From an uncultured virus (IMG/VR IMGVR_UViG_3300035187_001477) (lineage: Duplodnaviria; Heunggongvirae; Uroviricota; Caudoviricetes; Crassvirales): a DNA stretch of 20,000 nt. The position numbers were made by a program, and so were the translations under genes. Of the stretch, positions 7,837-16,588 are shown piece by piece (the first letter of the stretch is position 1; the number at the start of each line of letters is the position of its first letter). The stretch lies in IMG/VR virus record IMGVR_UViG_3300035187_001477; one strand, 5' to 3'. Under the pieces are notes generated by a model, which was not told where the DNA came from, searched no databases, and saw only the letters and a program-made list of their open reading frames with translations.

Positions 7837-8095
7837 TTAATTTAAGTTTATGGTGCGATACAGTTACAACATACATCAAGTGCGCTTACAGTTGAATAAC
7901 AAAGAGTAACCTCTGTACCACAACCGGGGCAAGCTGATTGAGCTTGTAGCACCCCACTAACCTGTTGCCTAACAATACTATTATCTGAATAGTACCCATC
8001 AGGCGCAAGAGTTGTGAGTCCAACATTAGTGTAAACTGCAGTTGCCGTAGCAAGTGACGCAGCGTTTAAGTAATAAGTTCCTTGTGTTGCCATTT
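7818..8095. repeat. 21-bp direct repeat at the starts of the two paralogous genes (7818-7838 and 8075-8095)
   Basis: aagttccttgtgttgccattt occurs at both places, reading AAATGGCAACACAAGGAACTT on the minus strand. Confidence 0.85.
7848..8093 (-). CDS. Small Cys-rich protein, 81 aa (MATQGT module plus LCYS-x7-CC-x-C motif)
   Basis: Fills the gap between two genes and has an AT-rich start. Its N-terminus is homologous to the 386 aa protein and its C-terminus to the tail of the 1490 aa protein. Confidence 0.8.
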   Translation of the reverse strand: MATQGTYYLNAASLATATAVYTNVGLTTLAPDGYYSDNSIVRQQVSGVLQAQSACPGCGTEVTLCYSTVSALDVCCNCIAP

Positions 8096-8104
8096 TATTT
8101 TATT

Positions 8105-11100
8105 TTAATCATTACAACCGCAGCAAGCATCCAACAAACTTACGTTTGAGTAGCATAAATCAAATGCCGGTGGAGGTACATCGCATCCGCAACAAGCGTT
8201 GTTTGTGTCTGCATCAGAGTAACACAACTCAAGTGGCAGAGAGCTTCTGTAATCCCATATCAAATATAAATATTGTCCGCTGCTTGGGACGGTAAAAGTT
8301 CCTGTATAATATCCTGCTGCTCCTGTTGGTGCAACTGTTGTAGCTGCTGCAAGTAAATTTGCAATGCCAACCTGAGTGTTAGGGTATAGTGTATTGCTTC
8401 TTAAATATCTAAACTTATTGTAAGAAGGATTGAAATCAAAAGTATCAAATCCTTGCTTGTTTGAAATCAACTCCATTGCTGCTCCTGAAGGAGGGAATCC
8501 ACCTGTGCCTTGAGGACCAATGATAATATTGTACTCAGATACCACAGGACTTTGAGCAGATGAATCAAATGTTACAAGTGTAGACTGAAGAGGTGAAATA
8601 AATCCTGCATCCGTATACCTGTACTCATTATGGATAAACTTACCGGCATCGGCATTGCTTGTTAAGCAGATGTTGACAATACCTATCTCGTTTGCTTCTA
8701 CGCAGTTTACAAGTACGCTTACATTGACGTTGTCAGTAGCAATAACATTAACAATAAGTTCGTTAATAGCGTTACTGTTTTTGGCTATTGTAAGAGACCC
8801 TGATGTAGTTACTACCCCTGAAGAAACAGTAGTTAACCCATAAGTTACTACCACTTCAAATTCAGCAGTTGATGATGGGTCTACCGTATAGTCAACGATA
8901 CAGTCTCCAACAGAGGTGTCTTCAAATATCACCCCATACTGCCTGTTTGATCCTGCTTCAATAGTGAAGTCTTGCTCGATACCGCAACTATAAATAATAG
9001 GAGGAATAGGCACAGAGCTGTCGTTAGTGGTGAGCACATACTCATTCATATATGGGTCAAACCCACCAAGCTTTTGAGTATTGAAGGATTGGATAAAGTT
9101 ATCTCTAAACCAAGTCCGCATACCTTGCTCAGACACCACTCTTAATTGGTCTGTGCTATAAGAGTTTCCAATAAGTTGCAGTACAGCCCCACGCTTTACG
9201 TCTGTAAAGTATCTATAGTAACCCCATTGTACATAGCTTTCAGGATGGAAGCTGATACCATACTTCTCAACACGAGCAATTTGAGTACCCAATACTTCAG
9301 GCACGGAGGTAATAGCACCACCGGCTGCAGCATCTGAGAGTAAGTTCTTGCCTGCAAGTACGTATGAAATCTTATCTTCTTGTAGCGTAAGTACGTCAGT
9401 CTCTCGTCCATCTAACTTATAGATAGGACCGAATGATACCTCTAAATATTTGTAGTTAAGCAGTCCTAAATTGAACTCATTTAATTTATTAACATTTGAC
9501 TCAAAGTTATACACACCACTGTATGTGATGTCAGCAAAGCGCCTTGTTCTCTTGTATTGCTGTACCGATATGGACGTTACACGGTTGCCAAGATTAAAGG
9601 TCTTGCCAATAATTGAGTCACGAATCTTATAGCTTTCAGCACCATTACCAAAACAGAAACAGTTAAAGAACTCTGTGTCTATTATTGCCGGCAAAGATGC
9701 AGTTTGGTTCTGTATGTTACCCAAGTGTCTTCCGTTGGCATCAATACCAAAAGACAAATGATTCTCAAAGAATACATCAGGTAATGAGTCAACGGGTTGT
9801 GTCTCGAATATCAGGGTAGTCTCAGCTCTAAACACTTCAATGTTTACAATAACAGTAGACCTACGCTTCTCTCTCGAAGCTACACCACCACATCTAAGAG
9901 TACCACTGACAATAAGAGTTAGCTGATTATTGGCAGGATTGCGATAGAACCTATAATAGTTTTTACACAAATCAGTTGAAATGTCTGTGTTGTTTGATGC
10001 AAGTGTAGGTATAAATTCATTTTCAACAGGACATTCATTACCCCCAACCTCTTGATCTCCATCATCAAGTATCTGTTCTACGTTGTCTCCAATCCACCAC
10101 TCCATCATATTATCATAATTGGCAGAAGAAACAAGCGTTTTCTCTAAAGTATAAATACGCCTCTCACAAGCTCCATTACCTTGACCAACACCAAGACGCT
10201 GAAACTTAAAATATAATTTAATTCTACTACCGGCAGGTACAGTATAATCAACCCAAGCACTTGTTGCGGTATCAAATCTGTTCATTGGGTAGTTCAAAAT
10301 AGGATACTCTCCTGCATCGTTTTGATCTACCTGTTCGTTGCCCGGTGCAATAATTGAAAGTTCATCCTGAACAACAGCAAAGCTGTTTGGATTAATCTTC
10401 ATATATACCCCCGATGGAACAGGAATATTTACGGTAGGGTCAAGTTCACTTGGTATCTCAATGAATCCTGCTTGCTTAGCTTCTTTCTCAAGCACTGTTG
10501 CGTATACGCAATTATTTGTAGGTCCACTTGTGTCAGCCTTTACGATAAGCCTATCACCCTGCTGTACCTTACGTGCGTTTTCTCCTTCAAGTAAAAAGTA
10601 TGCGTTATTACTTAGAGGGTCGTCAAAGAAGATGCTACTATATATGGTATCGTAACTTTCTTCGTCAGGCTTAATAACAAACTTATATCTCTTAGCCCAA
10701 GCCGGAGCTATCTGAGTTGTAGGAATAGTTACCCTAATAGAGTTCTTGGTATCAGATGCAGAGCAAGGAATGTGTACTGTATTTCTTGGACTAACCAAGG
10801 CTGTAGTAGAACGACCAAAGTCATCCATATACACGATACCAATCTCATACCCACGATTGCTATGCAAGCTGCGTGGTGAATTTATTTTTTGATAGAAAGC
10901 TTCTGCAAAGTTTACTGAGTAATACTCATACACACTAATTGTTGGTGTAGTAGTATTGTCAACATATCTCATTGCAGGAAACTGTAGACCAATTATTTGA
11001 CTTGCAGGTGTAGTAATAATGCTTATTGGCTGACCTGCAGCAGAAATACCACTCTGAAACTTTATTAGTGCGTCTAAGTTGTTTGGTAGTGCACAGTTAA

Positions 11101-12577
11101 GCTGATCAGTAAATGTTGTCCCATTACAAGAGTTTGCTATAGGCTGAATATTTGCAATCGTTCCAATAACATCTTGAAACGCTACACTTGTAGCCATCTG
11201 ATAAACAGAAGTATATGTAGTTGGAAGTGTAAACGTAAGCGTCAAATTAATGTTTTCGCTTGTCTCTGTAGGGAATGGGGTGCTCCCTGCAAACATATTG
11301 TGCGTAAGCCTTACATCTAATGTAATTGAAGAACCGGCAATAAGTTGTATACCTGTTAGGTTAATATTTACAGTCGCATTTGGAATAGTTTGATTGCTAC
11401 CAAAACTATATATACCAACAGATGTAGTGTCAGGTACACTTGTAGTACCAACCAATTCAGAAACTGCAGAAGCAACGTACTCAAGTTTGGTTACGTTTCC
11501 ATTCTTGTCAACTAAGTCGTATCCCTCAACATAGTTGCCATACATTAAACGATTGCCCATAATAGTTTGGGCTCTTGCAAGAAGTGGTACGTTATCATAC
11601 AACCTAAGTAACTCTGACTCAGGAAGTACTGTAAATATCTTACTATTTGTAAACGTATATGTATAGTTGGTGTTGTTTGCAAGACCAAGCTCAGCCTTAT
11701 CAAGATTCTCTATAACCTTTACAATACTTGTTCCTGCTTCTTTGAATAACAGGTCAACACCAACAACAAGCGGACCACCTGAGTTATATGTAATGATAGC
11801 AGTGTTGTTCAAGTTTACCATCCCCTCATTGAGGTAGCTATTAATACTGAACTCAAATGGGTTGGGAGAAAACGCAGGGGCAGACCATTGAGATGTCGCA
11901 GAATATTCTCCATCTTGATAACGATAACGATATGCGAAACAGATAAACCTGTCTTCCATAAAGTTGTCTTGCTGACCTGTTCTTATCTCACGAATAGCAG
12001 GAGCTGCAATTGGTGGTTTCTTAATTACAAGTAGCGACTCTGCACTAAATTGATCTATGTTACCAATAGGGTTGGCATAGTTTCTTGTTATATTAAATAC
12101 CCTTGGAGGGTTGTAATTATCAGTAAAAAATATCAACTGATCAATAAGGTCAACACCTGTAATTAAAAATTGAGGATTAAAGTTTAGCGTAGTGTTTACA
12201 CCACCACCATCATTGATGCTAATTACGTGGTAGGTAAGAGCGTTTTGAATTGTGTTATACGACACAATCATATCAAGTTTCCCGGTAGCTCCAATAGGGA
12301 AGGTGGGGTCGTGTACAAACCAAAATATTCTTTCGTTTGCACTATCATCAATTGCACCAATACATTTTGCGTTTGCGCTAAGTGGTGTATTATTAACATA
12401 CCTAAGCTGAGTAAGAGCTACGTTACCTTTTGTATTTTCTATTACACCAATCTCAGCTTGCTCAGTAGAACCCATACGGACGTTGAGCGCATCAATATAC
12501 TCTCCGTTTGGAACAAGTCGCTCGTCTACGACCTTGTTCATCCTACCTGCTATGAAGTTCCTTGTTATGTTTGGCAT
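8105..12577 (-). CDS. Tail stabilization/muzzle (nozzle) protein, P22 gp10-like / crAss-like, 1490 aa
   Basis: N-terminus 'NFIAGRMNKVVDERLVPNGEYIDALNVR', plus 'LIFFTDNYNPPR', 'FAYRYRYQDGEYSATS', 'YEIGIVYMDDFGRST', 'YGISFHPES' and 'YFTDVKRGAVL'. These are recalled as typical of this family. Confidence 0.8.
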   Translation of the reverse strand: MPNITRNFIAGRMNKVVDERLVPNGEYIDALNVRMGSTEQAEIGVIENTKGNVALTQLRYVNNTPLSANAKCIGAIDDSANERIFWFVHDPTFPIGATGKLDMIVSYNTIQNALTYHVISINDGGGVNTTLNFNPQFLITGVDLIDQLIFFTDNYNPPRVFNITRNYANPIGNIDQFSAESLLVIKKPPIAAPAIREIRTGQQDNFMEDRFICFAYRYRYQDGEYSATSQWSAPAFSPNPFEFSINSYLNEGMVNLNNTAIITYNSGGPLVVGVDLLFKEAGTSIVKVIENLDKAELGLANNTNYTYTFTNSKIFTVLPESELLRLYDNVPLLARAQTIMGNRLMYGNYVEGYDLVDKNGNVTKLEYVASAVSELVGTTSVPDTTSVGIYSFGSNQTIPNATVNINLTGIQLIAGSSITLDVRLTHNMFAGSTPFPTETSENINLTLTFTLPTTYTSVYQMATSVAFQDVIGTIANIQPIANSCNGTTFTDQLNCALPNNLDALIKFQSGISAAGQPISIITTPASQIIGLQFPAMRYVDNTTTPTISVYEYYSVNFAEAFYQKINSPRSLHSNRGYEIGIVYMDDFGRSTTALVSPRNTVHIPCSASDTKNSIRVTIPTTQIAPAWAKRYKFVIKPDEESYDTIYSSIFFDDPLSNNAYFLLEGENARKVQQGDRLIVKADTSGPTNNCVYATVLEKEAKQAGFIEIPSELDPTVNIPVPSGVYMKINPNSFAVVQDELSIIAPGNEQVDQNDAGEYPILNYPMNRFDTATSAWVDYTVPAGSRIKLYFKFQRLGVGQGNGACERRIYTLEKTLVSSANYDNMMEWWIGDNVEQILDDGDQEVGGNECPVENEFIPTLASNNTDISTDLCKNYYRFYRNPANNQLTLIVSGTLRCGGVASREKRRSTVIVNIEVFRAETTLIFETQPVDSLPDVFFENHLSFGIDANGRHLGNIQNQTASLPAIIDTEFFNCFCFGNGAESYKIRDSIIGKTFNLGNRVTSISVQQYKRTRRFADITYSGVYNFESNVNKLNEFNLGLLNYKYLEVSFGPIYKLDGRETDVLTLQEDKISYVLAGKNLLSDAAAGGAITSVPEVLGTQIARVEKYGISFHPESYVQWGYYRYFTDVKRGAVLQLIGNSYSTDQLRVVSEQGMRTWFRDNFIQSFNTQKLGGFDPYMNEYVLTTNDSSVPIPPIIYSCGIEQDFTIEAGSNRQYGVIFEDTSVGDCIVDYTVDPSSTAEFEVVVTYGLTTVSSGVVTTSGSLTIAKNSNAINELIVNVIATDNVNVSVLVNCVEANEIGIVNICLTSNADAGKFIHNEYRYTDAGFISPLQSTLVTFDSSAQSPVVSEYNIIIGPQGTGGFPPSGAAMELISNKQGFDTFDFNPSYNKFRYLRSNTLYPNTQVGIANLLAAATTVAPTGAAGYYTGTFTVPSSGQYLYLIWDYRSSLPLELCYSDADTNNACCGCDVPPPAFDLCYSNVSLLDACCGCND

Positions 12578-12578
12578 A

Positions 12579-13502
12579 TTATTTCAACCACTTGTCCATA
12601 CCACGCAGATTCATAAGAAGTCTGCCCGGATGAATGTTACTCATTCTAATTTTTGCGTTGCGAAGTAAAGCCGCTTTTTCTTTACGAGCACGAGCAATAA
12701 TGTACTCTTGTACACCAAGCTTAGCGTTCAGTATCTCGTATTGAATATATGCGTAAATATACTTCTCAAATAATTTATTAACGCTGACAATTGAATCATC
12801 ACCATTCTCCATACCATCAGAGATGTATTCGAGAATGACAGACTGATTATACATATCAGAGTTAAAGTTGATAACCCCCATTCTCTGATCAATAGCAAAT
12901 GTTGGGTTGAAGTTTGCAGTCTCTGTATTAAGACCGTAGCGCTCTCCAAGGCTATAATCAAAATACCAAACGCCATCAATATTCCATCCAAGTTGCCCAT
13001 TGTAGGTGCTCTGTGGATTCAAATAAATACTCTTTTTTATGCCTGCCAAACGCTGTAAGTCTATCTCAGAAAATTGAGGAGATAGCGCATTGCCAAATTG
13101 GTCAAACAATATCTTTCCGGTTTGGTCTTGCAAGTATGCAAGAGATGAAAGAATTTGAATATTCTCTGTGAGTGGTCTTAGGTATCCATCTTTGTAAAGA
13201 TTTACTCTTACCCAATTCACATAGTCCGATGGAAGTATATATCGAAGCGTATCATCAACTGTAAGCTGTAAAACTTTTAGCTGTTTGAACGCATCGTAGT
13301 TTAGTTCCTGTATGGCACGCTTTGCGTGGAACAATATTTTGTAACGCTCTTCATTGTTTACAAGAGAATGGTTACCTGCATACATCAACATAAAGTTGTT
13401 GACAATATCGAACAGGCTTACGTATTGGTACGAACCCCAATTGACATCTGTTGGTGGTACACCATTATTCTCGTAATATTTATATTGAGTAATGTATGCC
13501 AT
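12579..13502 (-). CDS. Structural ring / head-tail connector (tail tubular-like) protein, 307 aa
   Basis: 'AKRAIQELNYD', 'LPSDYVNWVRV' and 'ILEYISDG' motifs. It lies immediately upstream of the muzzle gene. Confidence 0.65.
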   Translation of the reverse strand: MAYITQYKYYENNGVPPTDVNWGSYQYVSLFDIVNNFMLMYAGNHSLVNNEERYKILFHAKRAIQELNYDAFKQLKVLQLTVDDTLRYILPSDYVNWVRVNLYKDGYLRPLTENIQILSSLAYLQDQTGKILFDQFGNALSPQFSEIDLQRLAGIKKSIYLNPQSTYNGQLGWNIDGVWYFDYSLGERYGLNTETANFNPTFAIDQRMGVINFNSDMYNQSVILEYISDGMENGDDSIVSVNKLFEKYIYAYIQYEILNAKLGVQEYIIARARKEKAALLRNAKIRMSNIHPGRLLMNLRGMDKWLK

Positions 13503-13504
13503 AA

Positions 13505-14245
13505 TTATTGCGATTGTTTTTGTTCTTCAGCAGCACCGAATTGAACAGCCATTATCTCACGAATAGACATACCTGCGTATTGAAGAATCTTTGTTACAAG
13601 CTTGAACTCATCTTCTGCAGGAACCTCAAAGTCTTGATAGTCGGGCTGCGATTGGTCAAATACCGGCTCGCCACCTGTTAAAGAAACGAATGTCCATTTA
13701 GGGTCTTTCGGATACCTAAAATAATTTGCATCAACTTCATTCGGAAGGTTGATGGTAGATGGATATACTGTAAGTACGCCACCCTCCTGCGTATATGCAG
13801 GATACTGTTCTGTTGGAGCCGTAAGATTTGACGTAGTAAGCATTGTGATTTTATTATGCGTTACCTTCTCTGCCTCTCCCTTGAATACACGTGGAGATAC
13901 AGATGCGTCATAGCACATAATCTTATTAATCATAAAATAGTCAAATCCTGTAGTAGTAATAGACGGAAGAAAAAATCTGTTTGTTGCAGGCGCAACTTGC
14001 GTAAGCGTTGAGGTTAAAGCAAAAACTTCCATCGCCTCTTCTATAGGCTTTCTTTGATCAGCGTAATCTATACCGGACTTTCTTAGGTTCTCTAAATTAA
14101 CTACGTTGTTGTATTCAGAAAAGTATTCTTCAAATACTTCAAGCTGAGACTGCTTGGCAAACAGGTTAAAGTCTGCCGGTGATATATAGCCGTAGTTATT
14201 TTTATTGAGAATGGAAAGTACCGTATTTCTGACGGAATTTATCAT
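13505..14245 (-). CDS. Structural ring/adaptor protein, 246 aa
   Basis: 'VLSILNKNNYGYISPADFNLFAKQSQLE' and 'YFRYPKDPKW' motifs. It sits between the capsid and tail genes. Confidence 0.65.
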   Translation of the reverse strand: MINSVRNTVLSILNKNNYGYISPADFNLFAKQSQLEVFEEYFSEYNNVVNLENLRKSGIDYADQRKPIEEAMEVFALTSTLTQVAPATNRFFLPSITTTGFDYFMINKIMCYDASVSPRVFKGEAEKVTHNKITMLTTSNLTAPTEQYPAYTQEGGVLTVYPSTINLPNEVDANYFRYPKDPKWTFVSLTGGEPVFDQSQPDYQDFEVPAEDEFKLVTKILQYAGMSIREIMAVQFGAAEEQKQSQ

Positions 14246-14258
14246 TATAGTCTTTTTA

Positions 14259-14266
14259 CAAATATA
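14259..14266 (-). promoter_or_regulatory. Bacteroidota -7 promoter element (TATATTTG)
   Basis: TAnnTTTG match directly after the terminator and 13 nt upstream of the 246 aa gene ATG. Confidence 0.6.
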
Positions 14267-14269
14267 AAC

Positions 14270-14297
14270 AAAAAAAGAGGGTATAGAAATACCCTCT
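14270..14297 (-). terminator. Intrinsic terminator
   Basis: Minus strand GAGGGTAT-TTCT-ATACCCTC forms a perfect 8-bp stem followed by T7, downstream of the 248 aa gene. Confidence 0.85.
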
Positions 14298-14324
14298 CTA
14301 CCTAAACACTATGAAACCATTAAC

Positions 14325-15071
14325 CTATGCTAAGTTACTTTCAAGCATCTTAAGGGCATCAATTCCTTCATCGGTCTTCAGAAACTCCGCAACGGTAAAG
14401 TAGGGGTCTTGAGCATACGGAACGGTCAACATCTTCTTCTTATTGGACCCCGTATTAAACCATACTTCCTTCTGTCCGTTCCTGAATGTCAATAATTTAT
14501 TCTCAAAGAACACGTGTACGTTTGACTGTAGCTTCAGCATTGGGTCCCCAAGTACATTTAAGAATCCTTTGGGGTCTCGCTTGGCATAAATCAGTACATC
14601 TCTTTTAAGCTCAGAACTTGTAAATCTCGATGGGTCTTTGCCAAAGAGAACTCTTGACACACTCTCGAGCTGCTCCAAAGAGAGCTGACGAGCTTGAATC
14701 AAGGCATCCACCTCCACAGTTAAACTCTCTACCTCTTTTGCAGCATCTTTTTCATTGTCTACCTCAATAAAAGTCCTACCATTTAGGGGGTGGTAGTACA
14801 AGAACTCTTGTAAAACAGGGTTATTTTTAGGAACGCTAAGAAACCCGTTCTCGAATATAACAGGTTCGACAATGGCATTACCGTCTTGCTCGTCCTCAAA
14901 AGGAGTCTTTTGGTTGACAGCGTATCGCAAGGGTCGGTTAATATTGTTTTCTTCATCGAACCAAAGTAATGGATAACGTCTTGTATTTCTTGAAGGTAGC
15001 GTATATGAAAGGGGGGCTACGTCCCCTTTAAGCTTGTAAATCCTGTCAGCAGGAACCAATTTCTTTTTCAT
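14325..15071 (-). CDS. Conserved phage protein downstream of the major capsid gene, 248 aa, function unknown
   Basis: Clean ORF with an AT-rich start and a TAG stop, flanked by two hairpins. Confidence 0.75.
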   Translation of the reverse strand: MKKKLVPADRIYKLKGDVAPLSYTLPSRNTRRYPLLWFDEENNINRPLRYAVNQKTPFEDEQDGNAIVEPVIFENGFLSVPKNNPVLQEFLYYHPLNGRTFIEVDNEKDAAKEVESLTVEVDALIQARQLSLEQLESVSRVLFGKDPSRFTSSELKRDVLIYAKRDPKGFLNVLGDPMLKLQSNVHVFFENKLLTFRNGQKEVWFNTGSNKKKMLTVPYAQDPYFTVAEFLKTDEGIDALKMLESNLA

Positions 15072-15093
15072 TAGATTTTAATTTGATTAGATT

Positions 15094-15132
15094 AAAAATA
15101 AGGGGGAGTGTCTTTGAAGACACCCCACCCTT
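15094..15132 (-). terminator. Hairpin / probable leaky intrinsic terminator after the major capsid gene
   Basis: Minus strand AAGGG-T-GGGGTGTCTT-CA-AAGACACTCC-CCCTT followed by ATTTTT. Confidence 0.75.
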
Positions 15133-15148
15133 TATGGTTTTTCTTCGA

Positions 15149-16570
15149 TTAAGAACCGTAACGGAACAATACGAAGTTGTTAGCACCCAAGGTACAAACG
15201 CAACGCTCAGAGAGGAAGTTTACCTCCATTGCATCGAGGTCGCTTGTTTGAGCACCACCGGCAGAACCTGTGATCCAAGTCTTGTATCTACGGTCTTCTG
15301 TTTCAGAAGCACGGTAGCGTACGTGTAAGAATGGACGCTTAGCGTTCTTGCCAAGGATTTGGTCGTACACGGTAGTAGAACCGGCAGGAACCAATAGACC
15401 TGTTACAGTGCCTGCTGCTTGAGCACCTGTAGGAAGACCACCACGCATAGTAGGATCGTTCAGGTACTTCCAATCAGACTTGTAGAAGTCATAACCTCTG
15501 CGGAAACCGCTGAAGCCAAGGTTCAAAGCCATATCCTTGTCGTTGTCAAACAAACCGTAAGATGTACCGTTTGCTCCGTAGCTGTTCTGAGCAGCGAGCA
15601 TATCGTCAATGTCAAAGCTGAAGGCACGGTTAACGAAGATTACGTTCTCTTCGATAGAACCTTGCTTGTCAAGACGAGAGATGATGCTGTCGAAATCAGC
15701 AAGTGTGGTTGGGTTTCCACCGCCCCATACGTTACCACGGCTGTTTACTACGTAGAAGATTCCCTCAGAACCTTTGTTACCGTAGATTGGGTTCAAAGAA
15801 GCGTTAGCAACACCTGAACCTGTCTCAGCAGGAACAGCCTCAATCATTGCAGTCTCAAGGTAGTCCTCAAAACGCAGACGAGTTTCGTGCTCGCTCTTCA
15901 AATACCAAAGGTATCCGGTAGCACCGTTCTCAGTGGTTACTTCAACCCATCCAATCTGAGCCATATCAGAACCGCTTACAGCGTATTTGTCCTTGATGAT
16001 GATTGGAGAGTTATCGAAGATTTCATCTTCAGCTTCCAAAGAACCGATCATTCCAACAGTTCCTTTCTTGAACTCAGAACCGTAAATCCATACAGAAAGA
16101 ACGGCTGTGCCTGAGAAAGTTTGACCACCGGCTTCGTAGTAAGCAACATCGAAAGTACCTGCAGTGGTGTTCACAGCAGTAACGATACCCTTGTTAGAAA
16201 GACCTGTAGCGTTGTCAGAAATAAATACAGTCTGACCGGCACGGATAGCAATACCACTTACGTTAGCATCGCTTACAGTGATGGTAGCAGAATCTGCAGC
16301 AGCAGCCGCAGAAGAGTCGCAGTTCACATATTTAGTGTGAAGACGTCCTTGTTCAGCCCACTTAATCATGTCTGAGTTAGAAGGCATTTCAGCACCTACC
16401 ATACGAAGGAAAGATGCGATAGTGCGATTACCATAACGCTCGAACTCCTTCTCGTAAGTATCAGGAAGATACTGATTCAAGAAGTTAAAGTTGGTAATAT
16501 AGTTTGTCGAAAGGGGCACCTGCTCCGCACTTGGCTGAAGCTGATAACCCGGTGAAGGTAAAACTGCCAT
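15149..16570 (-). CDS. Major capsid protein, 473 aa
   Basis: 'QYLPDTYEKEFERYGNRTIASFLRMVGAEMP...WAEQGRLH' and 'LNLGFSGFRRGYDFYKSDWKYLND' resemble Bacteroidota podophage capsid proteins as recalled. It follows the portal and scaffold genes and is followed by a terminator. Confidence 0.85.
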   Translation of the reverse strand: MAVLPSPGYQLQPSAEQVPLSTNYITNFNFLNQYLPDTYEKEFERYGNRTIASFLRMVGAEMPSNSDMIKWAEQGRLHTKYVNCDSSAAAAADSATITVSDANVSGIAIRAGQTVFISDNATGLSNKGIVTAVNTTAGTFDVAYYEAGGQTFSGTAVLSVWIYGSEFKKGTVGMIGSLEAEDEIFDNSPIIIKDKYAVSGSDMAQIGWVEVTTENGATGYLWYLKSEHETRLRFEDYLETAMIEAVPAETGSGVANASLNPIYGNKGSEGIFYVVNSRGNVWGGGNPTTLADFDSIISRLDKQGSIEENVIFVNRAFSFDIDDMLAAQNSYGANGTSYGLFDNDKDMALNLGFSGFRRGYDFYKSDWKYLNDPTMRGGLPTGAQAAGTVTGLLVPAGSTTVYDQILGKNAKRPFLHVRYRASETEDRRYKTWITGSAGGAQTSDLDAMEVNFLSERCVCTLGANNFVLFRYGS

Positions 16571-16588
16571 TTTTGTAAATTTTAAATT

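Noticed and set aside
6676..8240. Diversity-generating retroelement or CRISPR-like array as an explanation of the repeats
   Set aside because: There is no reverse transcriptase or cas gene in the window, the differences between copies are not adenine-specific, and there is no regular repeat-spacer structure.
6673..9020. Intron or intein as the cause of the split muzzle gene
   Set aside because: The intervening DNA consists of intact structural-type ORFs with their own starts and stops. No homing endonuclease or intein terminal motifs were seen.
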